The position numbers and the translations under genes were made by a program. A DNA stretch of 64,000 nt, from positions 725,554 through 789,553 of the forward strand of contig JBAZYC010000001.1 of NCBI GenBank assembly GCA_041659525.1. Reading direction: 5' to 3'. Of the stretch, positions 36,999 through 45,472 are shown one piece after another. Numbering within the stretch: the stretch's first letter is position 1; each line of letters starts with the position of its first letter. The notes under the pieces are model-generated. The model was not told the origin of the DNA. It searched no databases and worked only from the letters and a program-made list of their open reading frames with translations. The stretch is from an archaeon. GTDB taxonomy: Archaea; Iainarchaeota; Iainarchaeia; Iainarchaeales; JAAZKV01.

Positions 36999-38069
36999 AT
37001 GGTTCTTAAGGAATCTTGCCCTAACTTATTTAGTACTGGTGTTGATTGGCAGCTTTATTTATCGCGTCCGTTTTCTATTTTCGAATCTTCTTTGTGGCAT
37101 TCTTGGTTTTCTTCTGAAGAATTACTTTCTGTTTTAGGGGTTGTTTCTCCTAAAGGATTGTACATTGAATATCCTAAAGAAATTAGTAACAATTACCGTG
37201 ATTCAACTGAGTTAAAAAATTTTTCTGATTCTTTTGAATTAATTCCAAAAACAAATCGAGAAAAATCATTGGCTCTTCTAAAAAAAGGACTTGAGTTAAA
37301 TAATAAAACAATTGAATTAATAAAAAGTAATTCGCTTTCGCTTGAAGAGGCAGTGAATCATTTAACTCTTCTTGCAGTTCATTCTACTATAGCTCCTTTT
37401 TTTATTAGAAATGGATTAGAAAAGCATAATTTAATTGATGAAGAAATTGCCACTCTTGCAGATGAACTTAGAAAAAAATCATTTTATCCTGATTATTTAG
37501 AGAAAGTAATTTTTCCTATTGCTCAAAAAAGAATTGAGTCATTAGGGTTTGAAAAAGATTGTTTGCCTTTCATTACTTACAAGGATTTGATTAAAGGAAA
37601 TACAAGTACTGTTTTATTGAATAAGGAAAAATCAAAGCAAGGATTGCTTTTTGTTTATGATTGTAATACTAGCGATGAAAATGTTACTTTTGTTGAAGAT
37701 ACTAGTCCAATAATAAAATCACTTAACAAAGATTTTGTTGAAAGTAAAATTGGGGGCTGTACTGCCTATAGTGGAAAAGTTATTGGTAAAGTTCATTTAG
37801 TTTTTACAAATAACCCTAAAGGAATTATTTTTGATCAGGGGGATATTTTAGTTGCTATTCACACAAGTCCTAGATTGAGTCCTCTTTTTGATAAAGCTGG
37901 GGCGATTGTTACTGATGAAGGTGGAATTGCTTGTCACGCAGCAATTATTAGTAGAGAAATGCATATTCCTTGTATTGTTGGAACAAAGAATGCAACAAAA
38001 ATTTTGCATGATGGAGATTTAGTAGAAGTTGACGCAAGTAAAGGGACTGTAAAAATCTTAACTAAATAA
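36999..38069 (+). CDS. PEP-utilizing-enzyme swivel-domain protein (unknown N-terminal module + 1 phosphohistidine domain)
   Basis: 356 aa. C-terminal TDEGGIACHAAIISREMHIPCIVGTK…DGDLVEVDASKGTV (His 37935). Confidence 0.7.
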   Translation: MVLKESCPNLFSTGVDWQLYLSRPFSIFESSLWHSWFSSEELLSVLGVVSPKGLYIEYPKEISNNYRDSTELKNFSDSFELIPKTNREKSLALLKKGLELNNKTIELIKSNSLSLEEAVNHLTLLAVHSTIAPFFIRNGLEKHNLIDEEIATLADELRKKSFYPDYLEKVIFPIAQKRIESLGFEKDCLPFITYKDLIKGNTSTVLLNKEKSKQGLLFVYDCNTSDENVTFVEDTSPIIKSLNKDFVESKIGGCTAYSGKVIGKVHLVFTNNPKGIIFDQGDILVAIHTSPRLSPLFDKAGAIVTDEGGIACHAAIISREMHIPCIVGTKNATKILHDGDLVEVDASKGTVKILTK

Positions 38070-38125
38070 TAAATTTATAAAGAATAAAATTAATTTACTT
38101 CAAAAAATTGACTTAACTCAAAAGT

Positions 38126-38764
38126 TTATTTAAGTCCAGCTTCTATTGAATCAACATCGTCTGCGGAGATTATTTCAAATCCTTCGCCATCGTATTCTAG
38201 TTCAAATAGTGCGCAGTCTTTGATTCCACTTACTTCAAATCCAATTATTTCTCTAAAAATAGCAGTTATTGGTCCGCCGTGAGTCAAAAATGCAATTGAA
38301 TCAGTTTCTGCTTCACTTTCTTCTTCAATTATTTCATTAAATGCAGCTAACACTCTTTCACAAAATTCAAAGTACCCTTCAGAATCTTTTACATGGTGGT
38401 AGGGAGCGTTTTCTTCAAGATCCATTACTTCATCTTCATATTCTTCTTTTGCTTCCTCTTTTTTCATTCCGCTTAGTATTCCATAATTATTTCTTTCGCG
38501 TAAATCAGGAACTGAAATTAAAGTGGGTTGTATTTCTTTTCCAATAATTGCAGCAGTTTCAACCGCTCTTTTTTTTGGGCTAACAAATAGTTTAGTTATT
38601 TCGCTTTCGCTTAATCTTTTAGCAAGTTCTGCTGCTTGTTTTTTTCCTTTTGGAGTAAGAGAATCATCATATTCTCCGCCGTAGCGTTTCTCAATATCTG
38701 AAGTACTTTCGCCGTGTCTTAAAAGAAAAACTCGCATATTCTCACAAAGAAAAAATAATTCCAA
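38126..38764 (-). CDS. Histidine phosphatase (phosphoglycerate mutase family) protein
   Basis: The LLRHGEST motif near the N-terminus (the real start is probably the internal MRVFLL), and a later …THGGPI… region. Confidence 0.6.
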   Translation of the reverse strand: MELFFLCENMRVFLLRHGESTSDIEKRYGGEYDDSLTPKGKKQAAELAKRLSESEITKLFVSPKKRAVETAAIIGKEIQPTLISVPDLRERNNYGILSGMKKEEAKEEYEDEVMDLEENAPYHHVKDSEGYFEFCERVLAAFNEIIEEESEAETDSIAFLTHGGPITAIFREIIGFEVSGIKDCALFELEYDGEGFEIISADDVDSIEAGLK

Positions 38765-38858
38765 GACTTTATAATTGTTTTTAGAGCGACTTAATTTTTA
38801 GCCAAACTCACCCTATTAACCTTTAAAATCCCTTTCCTTATTAGTTTCTTTAGTAGAT

Positions 38859-40322
38859 GTGGTAAAAATGGCTGATCAACTTAAACTCCCTGATTACAAG
38901 AACCAACCTAGTGAGTGGTACACTGAAATAGTTAAGGAAGCCCAATTAGCGGATATTCGTTACGGGGTTAAGGGTTGCTTGGTTTTCCAACCTTGGTCTG
39001 TTGAGGCAATGGAAAAAATGTATGATTATTTAGAAAAAGATTTGAAGAAAAGAGGACACACTAATTACTGGTATCCTACTTTGATTCCCGAATCTTATTT
39101 TTACAAAGAAGCTGAGCACATAGAAGGTTTTTCTCCTGAAGTATTTTGGGTAGAAAAAGGTGGGACAGAGAAGTTAGAAGAAAAATTAGCATTAAGACCA
39201 ACAAGTGAAACTGCTTTTTACACAATGTTTGCGCTTTGGATTCGCTCTTACAAAGATTTGCCTTTCAAAACTTATCAAAGAGCAAATGTGTTTAGATACG
39301 AATCAAAAGCAACTAGACCTTTTTTAAGAAGCAGAGAATTTTTTTGGATAGAGACTCACTGTGCTTTTGCTACGCAAGAAGAAGCTTTCCAAAATGTTTT
39401 AGATGACATGGAGACTACTAAGAGAGTAGTATTTGGAATTTTTGGAGTACCAACTATTGTATTTGAGAGACCTGCTTGGGACAAATTTGCAGGAGCTAGT
39501 AGAACTTTTGGAGCAGATGCTTTTACTCCAAGTGGAAGAGTAGTTCAACAACCAAGTACTCACATGATTAATCAGCACTTTACTCAATCATTCGGCGTAA
39601 AATTTGCGGATAAGGATGAAAAAGAAAAAACTCCTTACACTACTTGTTATGGTCCCGCTATTTCAAGAATATTTGCATCAGTTGTACTAACTCACGGAGA
39701 TAATAAAGGACTAAAATTCCCTTTCGAAATTGCTCCTAAACAAGTAGTAATTATTCCAATCATGGCAGAGAAAGAACCCAAAGTTTTAGAAAAAGCAAAA
39801 GAACTCGCAGATATTTTAGATGGAGCTGGGTTCAGAGTAGAAATAGATGCAACTGAAAAGAGACCTGGTGAAAAATATTATTTTTGGGAAATGAAAGGGG
39901 TTCCTCTTAGAATAGAACTTGGTCCAAGAGATTTAGCTGAAAGCAAATTCATGTTATTTAGAAGAGATACTGCTGAAAAAGTTAGTGTTCTTGAGAAAGA
40001 TATGCTTTCAGAAGTTTACAAACAAGGAAAAAGTCTTAGTGAGAACTTAAGAGAAAATGCGTTAAAGAATTTTGAAGGACTAATTAAAGATGTTAGTACT
40101 ATTGAAGAGGTAAAAGGAATTGTTGGTAAAGGAATTGCGAGGGCAAACTTTTGTTCAGTTGAAAAAGATGGAGAGGCTTGTGCTGAAGTAATTGAAAAAG
40201 AAACTGGCGGAAAGATACGCGGAACAAGAATTGATGTTAAGGACGAATTAATTGGCGAAGGTAATTGCATTGCCTGCGGAAAGAAAGCAACAAAAGTAGT
40301 TTACATTGCAAAAGATTACTAA
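38859..40322 (+). CDS. proS: Prolyl-tRNA synthetase, archaeal/eukaryotic type
   Basis: 487 aa. Class II motifs (…FRYESKATRPFLRSREFFWIE…, …TTCYGPAISRIF…), and a C-terminal Zn-binding domain typical of archaeal-type ProRS. Confidence 0.85.
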   Translation: MVKMADQLKLPDYKNQPSEWYTEIVKEAQLADIRYGVKGCLVFQPWSVEAMEKMYDYLEKDLKKRGHTNYWYPTLIPESYFYKEAEHIEGFSPEVFWVEKGGTEKLEEKLALRPTSETAFYTMFALWIRSYKDLPFKTYQRANVFRYESKATRPFLRSREFFWIETHCAFATQEEAFQNVLDDMETTKRVVFGIFGVPTIVFERPAWDKFAGASRTFGADAFTPSGRVVQQPSTHMINQHFTQSFGVKFADKDEKEKTPYTTCYGPAISRIFASVVLTHGDNKGLKFPFEIAPKQVVIIPIMAEKEPKVLEKAKELADILDGAGFRVEIDATEKRPGEKYYFWEMKGVPLRIELGPRDLAESKFMLFRRDTAEKVSVLEKDMLSEVYKQGKSLSENLRENALKNFEGLIKDVSTIEEVKGIVGKGIARANFCSVEKDGEACAEVIEKETGGKIRGTRIDVKDELIGEGNCIACGKKATKVVYIAKDY

Positions 40323-40366
40323 TTTTGTCTTGTATTTTTCTATTAATTTTAAGGTTTCTAAAAAAA

Positions 40367-40813
40367 TTATACTTTTATTGCCCATATTTCTACTTCGCTT
40401 TCATCAATTATTTTGTCATGCATTTTTTCAAAATTAAATCCTACATCATCGTATAAGTGTTTTGCCCCCAAATTATCTTTTTTAACTAATAGAAAAAGTC
40501 GTTGAACTTTTTTGTGTTTGCATTCGTTTATGCATTGTTCAACTAGGGCAGTTCCTATTTTTTGGTCTCTCCAACCATCATCTACAAAAACTGCATTGAG
40601 TCTTGCTTCTTTTTTGTCAGGGAAGAATTCCAGTTCAGCAAATCCTGTTAAAATATTTTTTTGCTTTGAAACAAGAACTAAGTGTTTTGAATCATTAATT
40701 CTTTCAATGATTTTATCAGGGGTAAAAGTAGTGTAAGGGAACTCTTGTTTTATCATTTCATCTAGCCATTCTGCTTCACTAGCTTTTGCTTTTTCTATTT
40801 CCAAAAAGTTCAC
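40367..40813 (-). CDS. GNAT-family N-acetyltransferase
   Basis: 148 aa with …RDQKIGTALVEQCINEC… (acetyl-CoA-binding-like motif). Confidence 0.55.
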   Translation of the reverse strand: MNFLEIEKAKASEAEWLDEMIKQEFPYTTFTPDKIIERINDSKHLVLVSKQKNILTGFAELEFFPDKKEARLNAVFVDDGWRDQKIGTALVEQCINECKHKKVQRLFLLVKKDNLGAKHLYDDVGFNFEKMHDKIIDESEVEIWAIKV

Positions 40814-41512
40814 CTATTGTTGTTCTTTGAAATCCTTGTTATTTAGGTATTCGTTTATTTCTTTTTCACTCACTGCGCACCCGCCGAATTTTGCTGCCCA
40901 AAGAGCTGCTTCAATTTCCAATTTTCCGTGTGCAAGTTCATGGTCAAACAAGCCTTGTTCGTAAGCGAATGCGATTAAATCAACGCTTCTAAACATTAAA
41001 AGATTAGGAAACATATTTCTAATCGAATCTAGGTTTTGTTGATTCACTTTTATTTCTTCTTCTTGTTTTCTTTCAAGTGTTTGTTTTAACCTTGAAGGAT
41101 TTTCTATTAAAGATCTTGTTGTTCTTTCATCAATGAATAATGCTTTTGCCCCATAAATTTTTGCAATAGCAAGTGCTTCAGCTTCCCCTGCTTGGATTAT
41201 TTTTAATGGCCCATCTTTAGTAAAGAAAATATTATTTGATAATGTAAGTATTTTTTGCATAGTGTTTGTTATTTCGCTTGTAACAGGGATTACTTTCACA
41301 GTTTGTTCGCTTAGAGCGTATTTTATTCTTGCAGCATTTAGTGCAAATCTTTTATTAGTAATTGGTTTCCAAACACTTTCTTGTGCAACGGTACTTGAAA
41401 TTAATAATTCAACTTTATTTGTTCTTACAAATGACTTGAACACGTTCATTAGGCATGTCCCTGAGAGGGTAATCATTGTTCCTGTGTCAATTACTGCTTT
41501 CATTTTCATCAT
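40814..41512 (-). CDS. PIN-domain protein
   Basis: N-terminal VIDTGTMI, plus …IQAGEAEALAIAKIYGAKALFIDERTTR… acidic residues arranged as in PIN nucleases. A C-terminal helical extension follows. Confidence 0.45.
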   Translation of the reverse strand: MMKMKAVIDTGTMITLSGTCLMNVFKSFVRTNKVELLISSTVAQESVWKPITNKRFALNAARIKYALSEQTVKVIPVTSEITNTMQKILTLSNNIFFTKDGPLKIIQAGEAEALAIAKIYGAKALFIDERTTRSLIENPSRLKQTLERKQEEEIKVNQQNLDSIRNMFPNLLMFRSVDLIAFAYEQGLFDHELAHGKLEIEAALWAAKFGGCAVSEKEINEYLNNKDFKEQQ

Positions 41513-41554
41513 CTCTAAATTTAATTTTTTTCAATTTTTGTTATTTTCTTCAAT

Positions 41555-42112
41555 TTACTTTGCCTCAATAATAGTTTTTAGTTCTTTTATTCTTTGCACA
41601 ATGTTTTTCGCTTCTGGTTCTTCATCGTGCATTGTAGTAAATCCAATGTAGGATTGAACTTCTTTAACATCAGCGCCAGTAAGTTCTGCTGATTGAGCAA
41701 TACTTAATCCGTAGGAGTAAGCAAGTGAAGCTTCTTTCACTTTTGCTTTTTCATAAATGTTTTGAGCATAATTTCCTATTTCGTTATCAATCCCTCTGAT
41801 GCTTAATATTATTGATTTTAGTGAACTAAAAAATTGTTTTTCATTTTCGTTTAGCGCGGCTTCTCTTGCGGTTGATAAGTTTTCTGAAATTATTTGTTTT
41901 ACTTTTATCCACTGTGAGCTTTGTACAAAGTGGGGTTTTGTTTCTATTTTGTGTAATGAATAAGCAATTACCCCCAGTTCTGCTTTAGCATAATCATTTT
42001 GCATTGCAGCTTCTCTAATTAATCTGCTACTTAGTCCACGTAAATCAAGCACGTTTTTTTGCTCAAAGAGTCTTAGTACTTCTTCAATATCGTAGCTTAG
42101 TGGTTTCATCAA
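41555..42112 (-). CDS. Hypothetical all-helical protein
   Basis: 185 aa, no family recognised. Confidence 0.3.
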   Translation of the reverse strand: MMKPLSYDIEEVLRLFEQKNVLDLRGLSSRLIREAAMQNDYAKAELGVIAYSLHKIETKPHFVQSSQWIKVKQIISENLSTAREAALNENEKQFFSSLKSIILSIRGIDNEIGNYAQNIYEKAKVKEASLAYSYGLSIAQSAELTGADVKEVQSYIGFTTMHDEEPEAKNIVQRIKELKTIIEAK

Positions 42113-42220
42113 AAAACAATTGTTTTTCTTCTATTTAATGGTTGCGCGGAAGAGGGTGAGGTATGTGGCTTTGGTAGGGGCAATTGGCTTTGAAAGATTG
42201 TTTTTTAAGCCAAAATACTA

Positions 42221-42643
42221 ATGTTATTGTTATTGAGTGGTGTTATGAAGGTTTTAGTTCCATTGCTTTCTGGTAAAGAATCAGATAAAGCGTTTGTTGA
42301 AACTTTTGCTTCTAAAGCAGATGAAATAATTCTTCTTCAAATAGTGGATAAGGATTTTATGAACAAAACTGCTTTTGCTCTTGGAGAGTTGAGGCAATCA
42401 AAGGCCACTGTTGAAGAAATAAAGAAAATGGTTAATTCTAAAAAGAAAAAATTTACTGAAGTTACTGAGTGGGGTTCTACAATAAAAAAGATTTTGGGTA
42501 TTGCGATTTTACAAAAAGTTGATAAGGTATATTTGGTTAATCAAAAAAATCAATTCTTTGGAGATATATTAAAAGAGTTAAAGAAAAACAAAGTTGTTTT
42601 TGAAGTAATTGATGTTTTGGAAAAAGAAGAGGAAAAGGAGTGA
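42221..42643 (+). CDS. Universal-stress-protein-like (UspA fold) protein
   Basis: KVLVPLLSGKESDKAFVETF…ILLQIVDKD resembles the Usp N-terminal pattern; weak. Confidence 0.35.
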   Translation: MLLLLSGVMKVLVPLLSGKESDKAFVETFASKADEIILLQIVDKDFMNKTAFALGELRQSKATVEEIKKMVNSKKKKFTEVTEWGSTIKKILGIAILQKVDKVYLVNQKNQFFGDILKELKKNKVVFEVIDVLEKEEEKE

Positions 42644-43209
42644 TTAATATGGCTGAAAATAAGATTGCGGGCAAAATTCAAAATAGCTCTGAGCACAATG
42701 TTGCGCTTCTTTTAGAAAACAAAGTTCTTGTAGAAGATTCTACTCTCAAAGGAACTCTTGTAGAAAAAGGTTTTGGAGAAAACAAGGGAAGAAATTTGAT
42801 TCTTGATTTATTTGAAGCGCTTTACTTAATTCAAAAAGATAAACTCACTTTGTTGGACAAAAAAGGGAAATCTGTTTCCTCAAAAAAATTACTTTCCTTA
42901 GGTCTAGAGGATGAAAAAAGTTTTTACTCAAAATTTGTTGTTTACTCTGATATTAAAGAAAAAGGTTATTGCATTAAAACCGGTTTAAAATTTGGTTTTG
43001 ATTTTAGAGTTTACCCTAAAGGAAAAAAAATGGGTGAAGTCCATTCTCAATATGGAGTGCATGTTTCTCCTGAGAATGAAAAACTTTCAATGACTCAACT
43101 AAGCAGAATGACTCGCCTTGCAGGAAATATTCACATCAAAGCAATAATTGCAGTGGTGGACAGAGAGGATGAAATTAATTATTATTCTTCTGATAGAATT
43201 CTTTTTTGA
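42640..43209 (+). CDS. endA: tRNA-splicing endonuclease (catalytic subunit)
   Basis: 189 aa. C-terminal catalytic region KTGLKFGFDFRVYPKG…HSQYGVHV…KAIIAVVD carries the conserved Tyr/His/Lys pattern of archaeal EndA. Confidence 0.65.
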   Translation: MINMAENKIAGKIQNSSEHNVALLLENKVLVEDSTLKGTLVEKGFGENKGRNLILDLFEALYLIQKDKLTLLDKKGKSVSSKKLLSLGLEDEKSFYSKFVVYSDIKEKGYCIKTGLKFGFDFRVYPKGKKMGEVHSQYGVHVSPENEKLSMTQLSRMTRLAGNIHIKAIIAVVDREDEINYYSSDRILF

Positions 43210-43342
43210 AGTCTATTATTGATTTTTTTTAAGGGACTAAATTTTTTTAAAAATTAGTTTTTTTAAAAATAATAAAAAGTGTTTTAGGAATTGGATTTTT
43301 TCCAATTCCAAAACTTAATAGAAACTCTTTTTCTTTAGTTCT

Positions 43343-43567
43343 TTAGAAGTCGCATGCTCTAACAGTTTTTCTTCCGTTTTCTTTTGCTCTTGCAGCTGCT
43401 TCTTTTACCATTTTAGCTACTTTTCCGCTCAAAGCGTCAACAACATCGCTTGCTGTGTTACAATCTTCTGCTTTGATTGCGTCCTTAATTTTTGATGCTA
43501 CAACTAATACTTCAGCCATAATTATCTCCCCCATGCCCCTTTGTTGAGGCACTTTTCTGAAAAACAA
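43343..43567 (-). CDS. Histone-fold-like small DNA-binding protein (DUF1931-like)
   Basis: MAEVLVVASKIKDAIKAED…VVDALSGKVAKMVKEAAARAKENGRKTVRACDF has the histone-fold alpha2/alpha3 pattern including GRKT[IV]. The real start is probably the internal MAEV (about 43519). Confidence 0.5.
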   Translation of the reverse strand: MFFRKVPQQRGMGEIIMAEVLVVASKIKDAIKAEDCNTASDVVDALSGKVAKMVKEAAARAKENGRKTVRACDF

Positions 43568-43676
43568 TAACCCTAAAGAGTATTTAAACCAAATGGTTCA
43601 ATTTGGCATTTTAGGCAAGTGTGGGTCACTTTTTCTTTTAGTGGCTTTGTTAAAAGCTTTTTTACTCTTTAATTAC

Positions 43677-43734
43677 TTGTCTGTGATGAAGCTAATGTTC
43701 TGATTTGTGATGAACGATGGGCGAACTGAGACAA
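43677..43734 (+). ncRNA. C/D-box sRNA (2'-O-methylation guide)
   Basis: The elements are: 5' stem TTGTC, C box GUGAUGA (43683-89), a 10-nt guide, D' CUGA (43700-03), a 3-nt linker, C' GUGAUGA (43707-13), a 12-nt guide, D CUGA (43726-29), and 3' stem GACAA complementary to the 5' stem. This is canonical archaeal C/D sRNA spacing. Confidence 0.65.
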
Positions 43735-43822
43735 CTTTAAACTACAGCTTTGATAAGAGCGATTTTTAGTTTGGTGGTAGGTTTAAATACTTTCAAAGAG
43801 TTTCTATCTATAATTCAATTTA

Positions 43823-44713
43823 GTGGTTCTAATGCAAGAGGATGGTGTGTTTATTCCCTCAGAAAAGGCTTCTTCGCCTGGGTTTTCAATTAAAATGGAT
43901 AACTTGGGTTCTACTCAAATAAAACCTGAAAAAGATTCTCTTACTGGGGAAAAAGAAGATGATTATTCTGTTCCTGAAAAAGAAATAGTGGTAGAAAGAG
44001 TTAATGATGGTTCCGATACTTCAAGAGTAAAAACTGGGATAGTTGGTTTTGATGAACTAATTGAAGGTGGATTTGAAAGAGAATCAATTGTGTTAACCGT
44101 TGGTTCTAGTGGGACTGGTAAAACAATTTTAAGTATGCAATTTCTTTACAAAGGAATAGTAGATTATAACGAACCAGGAGTTTTCATTTCTTTTGAAGAA
44201 GAAAGAGATTCGCTCTTCAAGCATTCTTTGCAATTTGGTTGGGATTTTGAGAACTTAGAAAAAAATGATAAATTTAGATTACTAGTGTTTAAGCCTCACC
44301 AAGTTCCAAAAATTTTGGAAGAAGGGGGAGGACAAATCAGAGATGCTTTGGCTGAAGTTGGAGCAAAGAGAGTAGTTATTGATTCAATCACTGCTTATGG
44401 ATTACTTTTTAGAGATGAGTATAAAAGAAGAGAAAAGATTTTAGAGTTTTTTAATTTACTTAGAAGATGGGGAGTAACTTCAATGATTGTTTGCGAGGAT
44501 TCTCCAAAAGATGTTGAAGAACAAGAAGGAAGTATTGGATTTATTAGTGATGCAATTGTTTCTCTTTACTACGAGCATGATAAAGAAAAAGGAATTAGAA
44601 TTCATTCACTTGAAGTGTTAAAGATGCGCGGAACAAAACACACAAACAAAGTTTGCGCAATGAACTTTGAAAAAGATGGAATTACAGTCTACCCTGACGT
44701 AGAGGTATTCTGA
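43823..44713 (+). CDS. KaiC/RecA-superfamily ATPase
   Basis: Walker A VGSSGTGKT inside the typical KaiC-like context TGIVGFDELIEGGFERESIVLTVG. Confidence 0.65.
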   Translation: MVLMQEDGVFIPSEKASSPGFSIKMDNLGSTQIKPEKDSLTGEKEDDYSVPEKEIVVERVNDGSDTSRVKTGIVGFDELIEGGFERESIVLTVGSSGTGKTILSMQFLYKGIVDYNEPGVFISFEEERDSLFKHSLQFGWDFENLEKNDKFRLLVFKPHQVPKILEEGGGQIRDALAEVGAKRVVIDSITAYGLLFRDEYKRREKILEFFNLLRRWGVTSMIVCEDSPKDVEEQEGSIGFISDAIVSLYYEHDKEKGIRIHSLEVLKMRGTKHTNKVCAMNFEKDGITVYPDVEVF

Positions 44714-44799
44714 TTATCAGGGTCTACCCTGACGTAGAAGTGTTTTAGAAAATTACTTAGCTAATCTTTATTCAGTTTTTTTATTTTTCTGATTTTTTT

Positions 44800-45384
44800 T
44801 CATGCTTTTTCATCAGCAAGCGCGATAGTTGAAACGTAGGTGCTTGAGTAATCATATACTTTGTCAGAGAATTCTTTTGCAAGATCAATTATTTTTTGAT
44901 CAGTGGATTCATTTATAGTAAAAATAATTGCAGAGTTTTCTTCGAGTCTAGTTTTGTTACTAAATAAGTGCAAGAATTTTCCAAGAACCTCTCTTTTATT
45001 ATAAATTGCCATTACATTTAGTGCATCAAAAATAATTACTGTTTCGCCAGGAACTTTTTTTTCTGCTCTTTCAACAGCTATTTGAATATTAGTTAAATCT
45101 GAAGCATTGTTTACTGAAATTATGCTTGAAAAATAAGTGTTTGGGTCTTTTGAAAAAGCATCAATTATTACTATTCTTCCAAAATAATTCTTATTTACTT
45201 TTTGAAGTATTTCTTCCCCCGGTCCGCTCATTGAAACAAATATAATAGAGTATTTTTTTTGAGCAAGAATAGTTTCAATTGCAAAATCAATTGAGGGTTT
45301 TAATTGTTTTTGGTTTAAAACAACAAGTGAAATGTTCTTGTCCAAATTGACAAGAGCTTCTTTCAAAAAGAAAACGTTTTGCAT
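44800..45384 (-). CDS. Degenerate KaiC-like/DUF835-like protein (no Walker A)
   Basis: 194 aa. Shares a pattern (…IIDAFS…IIFDALNVMAIY…IIFTINES) with the 59026..59706 ORF. Confidence 0.35.
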   Translation of the reverse strand: MQNVFFLKEALVNLDKNISLVVLNQKQLKPSIDFAIETILAQKKYSIIFVSMSGPGEEILQKVNKNYFGRIVIIDAFSKDPNTYFSSIISVNNASDLTNIQIAVERAEKKVPGETVIIFDALNVMAIYNKREVLGKFLHLFSNKTRLEENSAIIFTINESTDQKIIDLAKEFSDKVYDYSSTYVSTIALADEKA

Positions 45385-45472
45385 ACTGAGATTAAGTGTT
45401 TTTCTTAATAAAAACCTTACTTGAAAACCCTCTAGTAATTAATAAATACCATTTAACTCCTTTATTCTTCTG

